From the NCBI GenBank assembly GCA_964361595.1, contig CAYIAX010000004.1:615-64614 (forward strand): DNA of 64,000 nt. The letters run 5' to 3'. Source of the stretch: an uncultured Candidatus Saccharibacteria bacterium. GTDB taxonomy: Bacteria > Patescibacteriota > Minisyncoccia > UBA6257 > 2-01-FULL-56-20. The notes under the pieces were generated by a model that saw only the letters and a program-made list of their open reading frames with translations, did not search any database and was not told the DNA's origin. Position numbers and translations under genes: made by a program. Below, piece by piece: positions 37,106-44,955 of the stretch (its first letter is position 1; the number at the start of each line of letters is the position of its first letter).

Positions 37106-37142
37106 TCGGGGAGGAGCGGGAAATGAGCTCCTCCCCGTTTTG
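37106..37142 (+). terminator. rho-independent terminator after rpsI (ggggaggagc-gggaaat-gagctcctcccc-gtttt)
   Basis: 10-bp GC stem plus T-run, seen directly. Confidence 0.6.
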
Positions 37143-37149
37143 GAAGCAT

Positions 37150-37420
37150 TGGAAACCGAGGGTTTCCAAGGAGCGCGCGACGCCGCAGTGGCAGAAGCGT
37201 TAATTTGCCCGGAGGGAAAGGCCTGGCCTGCCCTTGCCTACAGGCAGGCAGGGGTTTCCAAGGAGCGAAGCGACGCCACAGTGGTAAAAACGGTAGCTGC
37301 TTCCGCCAAATGGCAGAATTTATGAATCATACGGAAAATCATACGATTTTCCGTATGATTCTTTTGAACCGAGGGGTTTGAGGGAGCGTAGCGACCCCGC
37401 AGTGGCAGAAACATTAGTTA
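37150..37420 (+). repeat. three tandem degenerate copies of the last ~45 nt of rpsI (gggtttccaaggagcg..gcgacgccgcagtggcagaagcgttaa), spaced ~90-125 bp apart
   Basis: Copies at ~37153-37205, 37245-37297 and 37370-37420, each ending in a TAA/TAG-like triplet. Confidence 0.6.
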
Positions 37421-37433
37421 CGCTTGTGCGGAT

Positions 37434-37462
37434 TTGCAGCAATCTGGCAGTTATGGTATAAT
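37434..37462 (+). promoter_or_regulatory. sigma-70-like promoter: TTGCAG, 17-bp spacer, TATAAT
   Basis: Hexamers at 37434-37439 and 37457-37462, about 100 nt upstream of ATG 37563. Confidence 0.4.
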
Positions 37463-37562
37463 TTAACGGCACTTCAAGGGGGGATTTTCGAATGTGCTGG
37501 ATTGCAGCTTTGAGGAAATTTTAAAGTCTTCAGAGCTGCAATGCAGCAGAAAGGAGCTGACC

Positions 37563-38216
37563 ATGAATAACATGCTCAGCGAAGCTCTCCAGGAGTTCGT
37601 GGGTCTCCTCGGACGGCTTTTTAAAAATTTACTCGGCAGGGATGCCGAGTTGTGGGGGAACGAACTCAAGAAATTCCTTCGTAAGGAGCCGCGCTGGGAG
37701 AAGTATTTCCGCGAAACCGCCGAGTTCTCGGTTCAGATTCCTGCTCTCACGCGCCCGACGCTTGCGGAACTCCGGGAGAAATTCCTCTGGATCCGCGCGG
37801 AGAACGGCATCGAGCGCGATGTCTCGCCCGAGGGAGAGGTTACGCTCGTTCTGGGGACCTTGCTCCGTCTGGGCGAGTCGTCGATCAGCGGCCAGGAATA
37901 CGAGCGCCGTGTCGCTTTGGTCAGCCGCCCGTTCTTAGGGTACCAGCAGCTGAACTGGCTCGTCGAACATCAGGACGAGCATCCCGCGCTCATGGCCCTC
38001 CTCGGCCAGATTTACGTTGACGGGCCGGGTCTCGTGGTGGTCGACGGTGACAACAGCGACCGGCGCTTCCCGTATCTTGTTCGGTACGGCGAGCGGTGGC
38101 ACCTGTACTGGGCCTGGAAGGACTATTCAAGACCTAAGGTTGTAAGCAAATATAATTTACTCCGTCGTTATTTACGGCACATTTTCGGCCTGGGAGAAAT
38201 GCCATGTATGCAGTAA
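37563..38216 (+). CDS. hypothetical protein, GC-rich, with strong SD (aaaggag 7 nt upstream)
   Basis: 217-aa ORF whose codon usage (CTC/GAG/CGC-rich) differs from its neighbours. No motif recognised. Confidence 0.55.
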   Translation: MNNMLSEALQEFVGLLGRLFKNLLGRDAELWGNELKKFLRKEPRWEKYFRETAEFSVQIPALTRPTLAELREKFLWIRAENGIERDVSPEGEVTLVLGTLLRLGESSISGQEYERRVALVSRPFLGYQQLNWLVEHQDEHPALMALLGQIYVDGPGLVVVDGDNSDRRFPYLVRYGERWHLYWAWKDYSRPKVVSKYNLLRRYLRHIFGLGEMPCMQ

Positions 38217-38394
38217 ATTCTATTCTTAAGGAGTTGGACGAAATGATTAAGCTTGTTCCCTATGGCTGGCAACTTGAATTTATCAGGTTCTGCCTGCCAG
38301 TAACGCCGGAAACTGGATTTCCCCGAAATTATCCACAGTTCGCCTGATCTCCGCGCCCAAGCTGTGTTATAATCGTTCCATTAATACTCGTATT

Positions 38395-38535
38395 ATGTCC
38401 AATCCGTCCAAATATTATTGCCCGCGGTGCAGAGTTAAGTTCTTGCACAAAGAAACAAATATGAATTTGAAGCACCATTGCGGGGAATTTGCCCGCTTGC
38501 TGTGGGGCAACGAAGGCGATGATGACGAAAGCTAA
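38395..38535 (+). CDS. small zinc-ribbon protein (46 aa; CPRC...HHCG)
   Basis: Preceded by an extended -10 (tgtTATAAT at 38365-38373). Confidence 0.3.
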   Translation: MSNPSKYYCPRCRVKFLHKETNMNLKHHCGEFARLLWGNEGDDDES

Positions 38536-39846
38536 TTAGGGCTTAGGAAAACTCGCGCTTAGAAGCGATTCCCGCGAAATTAAATATAAGCGGTTCGAGT
38601 CGGGATCGTACTTGGCTTTGCGGCCGCTTAAGTCAACCAAGTTTTCTTGAGCCAGATCATCGAGTTCCAAAAACACCGCCTTATCCTCATAGACGAGGAA
38701 TAGGTGATGGTCGTCTTTGTACCAATTGAGCGCCGTTATTTTATGGTTAGGCGGCAACTTAAATCGCCAGTAATCTTTTTCACCCCGGAAGGAGAAAACT
38801 TCAATACCCTTGCTTTCCAAGGCGGCGACCATGTCTCCGTTCTCATTAAAGCTGAAATCGAGAACGTCGCTGGCCAGTTTGGAGGTCGAGTTCGATTCGA
38901 CATTATAAAGATAGAACGAGCCATCGTCCTCCAGGATGCCGAGCGTGGAATTTTCCGCCCAAGCCAACTTTTTTGTTTTGCCGGGCAGAGTCTGGAGAGT
39001 GTCTGAACCTCGCTCGAGGAATTTGTCATAACGCATTAGCTTAGAAACTTTTGCTTTAGGGTCAAAAACAGTCCAAGCTACCCAGAAACGGGAAGCGTCG
39101 GCGGGGCCAAGGAGGAGCGTGGAGGTAGGCGTGAGCGCTTTCAAGGTATTTCTTTGGATGTCAAAAACCGCGAGGCTGCGATCGCGTTTTACGAGGACTT
39201 TGTTGTCCTGGAAAGGATCGACAAATAAATTAAAGTTTTCTTTGGGCAAAAGGAGCGAGAGCCTGCTCGAAAGATTGAGCCAAGTTACTTCGTCGAGGTT
39301 CACCCAAAACAATGTGTTTTTGGCGTCTTTCACGAGCAGGCGTCTTTCGTTGTTCGTAAAACCCAGCACATCCGCGCCGGGGATTTTCTGGCCGCGCCAG
39401 CTTAGTTCATTTTTGTTGTTGCGCGTAAGTATTTCCCCCTGGGCCAGCCAAAAGTCCGTAAGCGGGCCCTGCAAAACCAATTCTGTTTGCTGCGGCACAA
39501 GCACTGCATATTTCACTTCTGTAACCAAGGCCGGCAAAACTTCAACTTTCCGCTGCCACGGATGAAAGCCCGAAGCGGAGATCGAAAGTATATGGGTTTT
39601 TGGAAAAAGGTTATTGATCAGGGTTCCGGACTGGAAAAATCCGCTTTGCGTTTTTACCGGATTGTCATCAAGCGTCAAGGAAGTGTTTTCCGGGAAAGTG
39701 CGCACGTAAATTGCCCCCACTTTCTTGAAAACCACGGTTTTGAAATCGAAGCGCCAGCCTTTGGCAAAGAAAACTACGCCTGTGCCGAAAAGCAGGAAAA
39801 CCAAGATAAAAAAATAGAATATATATCTTCGCTGCCGTCTGGTCAT
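38536..39846 (-). CDS. membrane-anchored PEGA-domain plus beta-propeller-like protein (ORF extends to 39957; ATG 39846 is the likelier start)
   Basis: TM helix YIFYFFILVFLLFGTGVVFF; PEGA-like FKKVGAIYVRTFPENTSLTLDDNPVKTQSGFFQSGTLINNLFPKTHILSISASGFHPWQRKVEV; the C-terminal ~300 aa are strand-rich. Confidence 0.6.
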   Translation of the reverse strand: MTRRQRRYIFYFFILVFLLFGTGVVFFAKGWRFDFKTVVFKKVGAIYVRTFPENTSLTLDDNPVKTQSGFFQSGTLINNLFPKTHILSISASGFHPWQRKVEVLPALVTEVKYAVLVPQQTELVLQGPLTDFWLAQGEILTRNNKNELSWRGQKIPGADVLGFTNNERRLLVKDAKNTLFWVNLDEVTWLNLSSRLSLLLPKENFNLFVDPFQDNKVLVKRDRSLAVFDIQRNTLKALTPTSTLLLGPADASRFWVAWTVFDPKAKVSKLMRYDKFLERGSDTLQTLPGKTKKLAWAENSTLGILEDDGSFYLYNVESNSTSKLASDVLDFSFNENGDMVAALESKGIEVFSFRGEKDYWRFKLPPNHKITALNWYKDDHHLFLVYEDKAVFLELDDLAQENLVDLSGRKAKYDPDSNRLYLISRESLLSASFPKP

Positions 39847-40060
39847 AGATGATTTTTTTGTAGTATAATTTAAGCGGTCCCGCGCTAGATTTCGGATCAA
39901 ATAATTTTGCAAGGGAGGACGATTGCTTCTCGCCCGAGGGCTTGAGCTCGAGTCCACCCACCTGGTTTATATTTCCGGGATTATCTAGGCGGGATCCTTA
40001 AGCCCCCGATGTCCAAAGTCGGGGCTTTTAAGTCTTTAGGTCATAAATATTTGTCGGGCT

Positions 40061-40125
40061 GCCGGGAATTGCCGCCCACGGCCGTGGGCGAGCCTCGCCC
40101 CGTCCGAGCGGGGCGGGAACCGCTT
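40061..40125 (-). terminator. GC-rich hairpins downstream of tRNA-Pro (gcccacggccgtgggc; cgccccgtccgagcggggcg), including a 17-nt duplicate of the tRNA 3' end
   Basis: Perfect palindromes. A related hairpin, gagcctcgccccgttgcgacggggcgggagcc, recurs at 50608-50640. Confidence 0.4.
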
Positions 40126-40129
40126 TTTG

Positions 40130-40200
40130 TCGGGCCGCCGGGAATCGAACCCGGGCTGCAAGACCCCCAGCCTCGCGTACTGCCATTATACTACGGCCCG
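40130..40200 (-). tRNA. tRNA-Pro (anticodon GGG)
   Basis: Folded by hand: acceptor CGGGCCG/CGGCCCG with C1-G72 and A73; anticodon stem CGAGG/TCTTG (two G-U pairs), loop CTGGGGG; T-arm CCGGG-TTCGATT-CCCGG. Confidence 0.7.
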
Positions 40201-40245
40201 TTTTGTTACTAAGCATGCGATATGCGATAAGCCATACATCGCATG

Positions 40246-40431
40246 CTACTTTGCGCTTTTATGCAAAGTTCTTATGCAATTCGTGCAGATCAATTTGCGT
40301 ACGCCTTTAACCTTCGCCCACTGCAGGTTGGGATAATGACGCTTCCAGTTCACCGGATTGTACTTTCCGCGCAGCTTTTTGCGTTCGCCGCCCATGCGGG
40401 AACCTTTTTTACAGATGGCGCATTGACGCAT
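40246..40431 (-). CDS. rpmB: 50S ribosomal protein L28
   Basis: MRQCAICKKGSRMGGERKKLRGKYNPVNWKRHYPNLQWAKVKGVRKLICTNCIRTLHK matches the L28 pattern C.I.GK...N.SH....R.w.pNLQ...v..G....VC..C.R. Confidence 0.8.
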   Translation of the reverse strand: MRQCAICKKGSRMGGERKKLRGKYNPVNWKRHYPNLQWAKVKGVRKLICTNCIRTLHKSAK

Positions 40432-40520
40432 GTTTTTATAGCGATGCGAATGATTCAAATTACATCCGAATACCTCAAATTATTTGCGGTATTCGCATGC
40501 ATTCGCGGATTTGCATTGCG

Positions 40521-40994
40521 TTATTCCAGTTTGACCTTGAGTTTTTTCGTTTTTTTCCTGTTTAGCTTGGGCAAACGGACGGTGAGAATTCCGTTTTTGA
40601 ACGTAACCGAGGCGGCGTCCGGATCCACTTCTTGCGGCAAGATGATCGAGCGGGAGAACCTGCCCCAGTAACATTCCTGATAGAAATAATCCTCGTCGCT
40701 TACTTCTTCGCTTCGGCTGCGTTCGCCCCGGATGGTAACGGAGTCATTTGAAACATTGATGTCCAAATTTTCCGGTTTCACGCCGGCGACCGCCGATTCG
40801 ATCACGATATCGGAAGCCGTCTGGTAAACGTCAACTGTAAGCTGGCCTTCGGGTTCGTAGCTTTCCTCGATCGGCGCCACTTTTTTTGTCCGCAATGGCG
40901 CCATTGTGGCCTTGGTAAGCTCTATTTCCGGTTCGGGTTCCGCTTCCCCGTATTTGGCCAAACTTTCAAAAAATTTTTCTTCGGATGAGTCCAT
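40521..40994 (-). CDS. Hsp20/alpha-crystallin family small heat-shock protein
   Basis: Alpha-crystallin domain TVDVYQTASDIVIESAVAGVKPENLDINV...TIRGER...GRFSRSIILPQEVDPDAASVTFKNGILTVRLPK. Confidence 0.85.
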   Translation of the reverse strand: MDSSEEKFFESLAKYGEAEPEPEIELTKATMAPLRTKKVAPIEESYEPEGQLTVDVYQTASDIVIESAVAGVKPENLDINVSNDSVTIRGERSRSEEVSDEDYFYQECYWGRFSRSIILPQEVDPDAASVTFKNGILTVRLPKLNRKKTKKLKVKLE

Positions 40995-40995
40995 G

Positions 40996-41697
40996 TTACA
41001 CGCTTTCCCGCTTCAGTTTTTCGAGGTCATTCAGGCTCACAAAGCCCAGGATGATGACGAAAAGAAGCGCATAAATTATCGTTCCGTATTGCAGTATAAG
41101 ATAATTGAAGAAAGCATGCAAGATGGTGGCCAGAAACACGCCTTTTATAAGCATAAACCTGCTTCCGAATTTGCGGATGGAAAGCGCCCAATAGTAACCG
41201 ACAAGGCCGGAGGTAAGCGTATGTAGAAGCGTTGCGCCCACGAAGCGGAAAGTGGCAGTTTCAAAAAGCGGGCCCATGAGCGCCGCCTCGCCGCCGCCTT
41301 TGCCCATTAAGGCGCCGATATTCTCGAGCGTGGCGAAACCCAAGGCGGCGACGATCGTATAGATCATAGCATCGACCGGTTCATCGAAAGCGGGGTTTTT
41401 GCGTACGGAAAAATAAGCGGCGGCAAACTTCACTAATTCTTCAATAAAAGAAAATAAGAGGAGTGCAAGCATGAATAAGAGCGGCGAGAGTTCGCGCGAA
41501 GTGAAAAGCGTGCGAAATTCGGGCCAGGGGACGGTGAGCGCCACTTGAAGAAGGTAAGCGACAAGCGCAGACAATGCGCCCATAACGAACGTGAAGGCGA
41601 TGAGGCGCCTCGGTTCGGGATGCAGGTCTTCCTGCAGGTAGAAAAAAAGCCAGGTGAAGCCTGGAAGTATGCCTAGAACAAGTGCCAAGACTGACAT
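40996..41697 (-). CDS. PrsW-family intramembrane metalloprotease
   Basis: Polytopic membrane protein with EExxK (FIEELVKF), FxxxH-like, and HxxxN (ILHAFFNY) motifs. Confidence 0.55.
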   Translation of the reverse strand: MSVLALVLGILPGFTWLFFYLQEDLHPEPRRLIAFTFVMGALSALVAYLLQVALTVPWPEFRTLFTSRELSPLLFMLALLLFSFIEELVKFAAAYFSVRKNPAFDEPVDAMIYTIVAALGFATLENIGALMGKGGGEAALMGPLFETATFRFVGATLLHTLTSGLVGYYWALSIRKFGSRFMLIKGVFLATILHAFFNYLILQYGTIIYALLFVIILGFVSLNDLEKLKRESV

Positions 41698-41748
41698 GAT
41701 TTAGCTTAGAGGTTTTAGCTTATAGCTTTGAGTTCGCACATTTTTATT

Positions 41749-44568
41749 TTACCACAGCTCAATCATTAAGAGCGTCCCGGGCCGAAACTTTTGGTAAAGG
41801 GTTTCTGTTATAAAGGGCATAAAAGGGTGAAGAAGCTTTAAGGAGGTGAGTAAGCAGGTTTCGAGCGTGGCATACGCTCGCCGGGCGTCATTCAAGTTCT
41901 CGCCCTGGAGACGCGATTTTGCGGTTTCCACATGCTTATCCGCGAGCGCGTGCCAGATGTAGTGATAAAGCAGTTCAGCTGACCGGTGGTATTCGAATTT
42001 TTCGAGATGCGCCGTGACTTTTTTCTTTATGCCCGCCAGTTCAGCCGCAGTTTTCTTGTCCCAAGCCGTAGGAGCGGCAAGCGCGCCGTCTTTGGGCTTC
42101 CGCATATCGAGAAATCGCGAGATATTCCAGATTTTGGTCGCAAAATTGCGGTAAGCGCGGATTTTGTCTTCCGAGATCACGATATCGTTGCCGGGAGTAT
42201 TCCCGACCACAAGCGCCATCCGCAAAGCATCTGTGCCGTAAGTTTCCGCCACGCCCAGGGGATCGATTACGTTGCCCTTGGATTTGGACATTTTCTGCCT
42301 GTCCTTGTCGCGGACCAAGCCATGGAGGTAGACGGTTTTAAACGGAACTTTACCGGTGCGGTAAATTCCCAGCATCACCATGCGCGTCACCCAGAAGAAA
42401 AGAATGTCATAAGCGGTTTCCATGATATCGGTCGGGTAAAATTCCTCAAAATCGGATTTTGATTTAAGGAGGGTAGCGAACGGCCATTGGCCGGAGGAAA
42501 ACCAGGTGTCGAAAACGTCGGGGTCCTGTTCGTAGATGTGGTTGCCGCATTTTTCGCACGGTTCAAGGATATCAAATTGAATTGCCTGGGCGTTTTTTAT
42601 GCTTTCTCTCGTAAGCGCCCGCTCGGCAGTCAGGCCCCTTATCTGTTTCATGAGCATTCTGATGGTGCCGCCGTGGCTGACAACGATGACGTTTTTATGT
42701 TTATGGATTTTTTGATGTTTTTGGAAGGCCGCCCAGGCGCGTTTTTCCACTTCTTTGTAGCTTTCACCTCCGTAATCGTTGACCTCGTAGTCATATAAAC
42801 GTTTTCCGTATTTTTCTATGGCTTCGTTGCGCGCCACCCCTTCGGCGTCTCCCATGGAACGTTCGTGCAGTTCTTCTTCTATAATTATTTCTTTATCCCC
42901 CAGTGTTTTTGAAATAATTTCCGCAGTTTCTCTGGCTCTTTTCTGATTTGAACTGATAATAAGGTCTATCGGCGTATTCTTGAGCGCCTCGGCGGTTTTT
43001 TCGGCCTGAGCTTTTCCCGCGTCGTTTAGCGGATCGTCTCCGAGTCCTTGCAGTATGCTGTTTTTATTGGCGTCTGTTTCCCCGTGCCGTACCAGAAACC
43101 AGCTCGATTTTATTTCCGGATTTATTTTTACGTCGCCGCAGCCGAGGCAGAACCAGGCGGGGATTCGTATGCCCCAGACGATTTGGCGCGAAACGTTCCA
43201 GTCGCGGATATTCTTTAACCAATGGAGATACACTTTCTCCATCCTTTTGGGAATAAATTTAATTTTTCCGGATGTTACGGCCTCAATCCCCAAATCCCGC
43301 AGCGATTTTTCGGAAGCAGTTTTTTTCTGCGTTTGTCCGCGCTCGCCCCGAGTTGCATCGAGGGGTGAAGTCCGCGTAAGTCCGCGGGATGTCGGCGTAG
43401 CCGACATCCGGACGAACCACTGCATGCGGGGTAAGGGTTCAAGCGTCGAACCGCACTTGTAGCAAGTCGCAATTTGGTGGACGTAAGCCGGGTCAACTTT
43501 CTCTAAAATCCCTTTTTCCTGCATGGCGGCGGCAACTTTTTCCCTCGCCTCCGCCACCTTGAGGCCGTGAAAAGGCCCGGTTTCGCCCGTAAGCCGTCCG
43601 TTTTCGTTTATTATTATTTTCGGACCAGGTATTTCGTCCTTATGCCTCTGCCAGATCTCAAAGTCGGTCGCATCGTGCGCAGGCGTAACCTTAACCACGC
43701 CCGTGCCGAAGGCGGGATCAACGGCCTCGTCCGCAATGACTTTGAATTTAAGCGGGCCCAAAATGCCTTCCGCCTCGATTTCCTTGCCGATGTATTTCTT
43801 GTAGCGTTTGTCCCCAGGATTAACCGCGAGCGCTGTATCGCCGAACTTGGTCTCGGGCCGCACGGTTGCCAAGGTAAGCGGCCCGTACCTGATGTAATAA
43901 AGCGGATCGGTGCGTTCGACGTACTTTATCTCAAGATCGGAAAGTGCGGTCTTGTGCTTGGGGCACCAATTGACGACGCGGAAATCACGGTAGGCGAGAC
44001 CGTCTTTATAGAGTTGGGCAAAAGTTTCGTAAACTATTTTTACGATCTCGGGATCAAGCGTGAATTTTTCGCGTGACCAGTCGCAGGAGGCGCCCAGTTT
44101 GCGCAACTGGCCCTCCATGATTTTTTTATTCTCCTGCGTGAAGTCCCAAATCGCTTTGTAAACTTCTTCCCGGTCCATTCGAAATCGGCTTTTTCCTTCT
44201 TTCTCTAATTTCTTATCGAAAACCACCTGTGTTTCAAATCCCGCATGGTCGGCGCCGGGCAGCCACAGCGCCTTCTGGCCGCGCATGCGCGCAAAGCGGA
44301 TCATGATGTCCTGGAGCGTTACGAACACCGCGTGCCCCACATGCAAGGAGCCGTTCGCGTTCGGCGGCGGCATGATAATCGAAAACGCGGACTTACGCTG
44401 ACTTGACGCTGACTGTCGCTGACTTTTTCCGCGTTTGTCTGCGTGCCGTCCGCGTGAGTCTGCGCTGATCGGCGGTAGCCGATCAGGGTTGAAATATCCG
44501 GATTCCTCCCACTGCTTATAAATCGAATCTTCAATCTCTTTGTGGTCGTAGCGGGGGTCGAGTTCCAT
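41749..44568 (-). CDS. valS: valyl-tRNA synthetase with an inserted histidine-phosphatase (PGAM-like) domain and two GC-type element inserts
   Basis: PPPNANGSLHVGHA (HIGH), KMSKSKGN, editing domain, and the anticodon-binding helices. RHGETDANK...VVSHGGTIRML lies between the two Cys pairs of the zinc knuckle. Confidence 0.9.
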   Translation of the reverse strand: MELDPRYDHKEIEDSIYKQWEESGYFNPDRLPPISADSRGRHADKRGKSQRQSASSQRKSAFSIIMPPPNANGSLHVGHAVFVTLQDIMIRFARMRGQKALWLPGADHAGFETQVVFDKKLEKEGKSRFRMDREEVYKAIWDFTQENKKIMEGQLRKLGASCDWSREKFTLDPEIVKIVYETFAQLYKDGLAYRDFRVVNWCPKHKTALSDLEIKYVERTDPLYYIRYGPLTLATVRPETKFGDTALAVNPGDKRYKKYIGKEIEAEGILGPLKFKVIADEAVDPAFGTGVVKVTPAHDATDFEIWQRHKDEIPGPKIIINENGRLTGETGPFHGLKVAEAREKVAAAMQEKGILEKVDPAYVHQIATCYKCGSTLEPLPRMQWFVRMSATPTSRGLTRTSPLDATRGERGQTQKKTASEKSLRDLGIEAVTSGKIKFIPKRMEKVYLHWLKNIRDWNVSRQIVWGIRIPAWFCLGCGDVKINPEIKSSWFLVRHGETDANKNSILQGLGDDPLNDAGKAQAEKTAEALKNTPIDLIISSNQKRARETAEIISKTLGDKEIIIEEELHERSMGDAEGVARNEAIEKYGKRLYDYEVNDYGGESYKEVEKRAWAAFQKHQKIHKHKNVIVVSHGGTIRMLMKQIRGLTAERALTRESIKNAQAIQFDILEPCEKCGNHIYEQDPDVFDTWFSSGQWPFATLLKSKSDFEEFYPTDIMETAYDILFFWVTRMVMLGIYRTGKVPFKTVYLHGLVRDKDRQKMSKSKGNVIDPLGVAETYGTDALRMALVVGNTPGNDIVISEDKIRAYRNFATKIWNISRFLDMRKPKDGALAAPTAWDKKTAAELAGIKKKVTAHLEKFEYHRSAELLYHYIWHALADKHVETAKSRLQGENLNDARRAYATLETCLLTSLKLLHPFMPFITETLYQKFRPGTLLMIELW
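42560..43105 (-). other. PGAM/histidine-phosphatase domain-coding insertion inside valS
   Basis: Encodes ...CLGCGDVKINPEIKSSWFLVRHGETDANKNSILQGLGDDPLNDAG...NVIVVSHGGTIRMLMKQIRGL...FDILEPCEKCG, flanked by ValS zinc-knuckle cysteines. Confidence 0.75.
43327..43410. repeat. GC-type element (TCCGCG units plus palindrome gatgtcggcgtagccgacatc) in-frame in valS
   Basis: gaagtccgcgtaagtccgcgggatgtcggcgtagccgacatccgg. Confidence 0.6.
44384..44490. repeat. GC-type palindromic element, full copy, in-frame in the valS N-terminus
   Basis: acgcggacttacgctgacttgacgctgactgtcgctgact...tccgcgtttgtctgcgtgccgtccgcgtgagtctgcgctgatcggcggtagccgatcag; encodes ADSRGRHADKRGKSQRQSASSQRKSAF. Confidence 0.7.
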
Positions 44569-44667
44569 AATGTAAGGATTTTAACGCGAAGGCGAGATTT
44601 TTGGAAGATTTTCCGGAATGAAAAAGCTCTCAAATGTGCCGAGAGCTTCCGTGGATGAATGCTATTT

Positions 44668-44889
44668 TTACCAACGCCAGCAGCCGCGGCCGGATTTCTG
44701 CCGGGACCGAGCCCGCTGTTCCTTGGCCGATAGCCGGTTCTTGCCGAAGCGGGGTTGGTAACCGTTGCCGTTGGACGTGGTTTGAGTTTCTTCTGTATTT
44801 CCTCCGTTGCTGGAGGAGAATTGACGGGTCAGGGGCCTGCCGTACTTGGCATGCATGAGCCCGCCGTTAGGCGTACTGGCGTGCGCCAT
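44668..44889 (-). CDS. small Gly/Asn-rich hypothetical protein with a good SD (ggaagga)
   Basis: 73-aa ORF MAHASTPNGGLMHAKYGRPLTRQFSSSNGGNTEETQTTSNGNGYQ... with an RBS 8 nt upstream. Confidence 0.35.
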   Translation of the reverse strand: MAHASTPNGGLMHAKYGRPLTRQFSSSNGGNTEETQTTSNGNGYQPRFGKNRLSAKEQRARSRQKSGRGCWRW

Positions 44890-44955
44890 ACCGGAAACTC
44901 CTTCCCTACAAATTCAAGTTCTAATTATTAATTTAAGCTAGATTTCGTCTGAAAA

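Noticed and set aside
42560-43105. Intein in valS
   Set aside because: The insert lacks the N-terminal Cys/Ser and C-terminal His-Asn splice junctions and the Hint blocks. It carries histidine-phosphatase RHG/SHG motifs instead.
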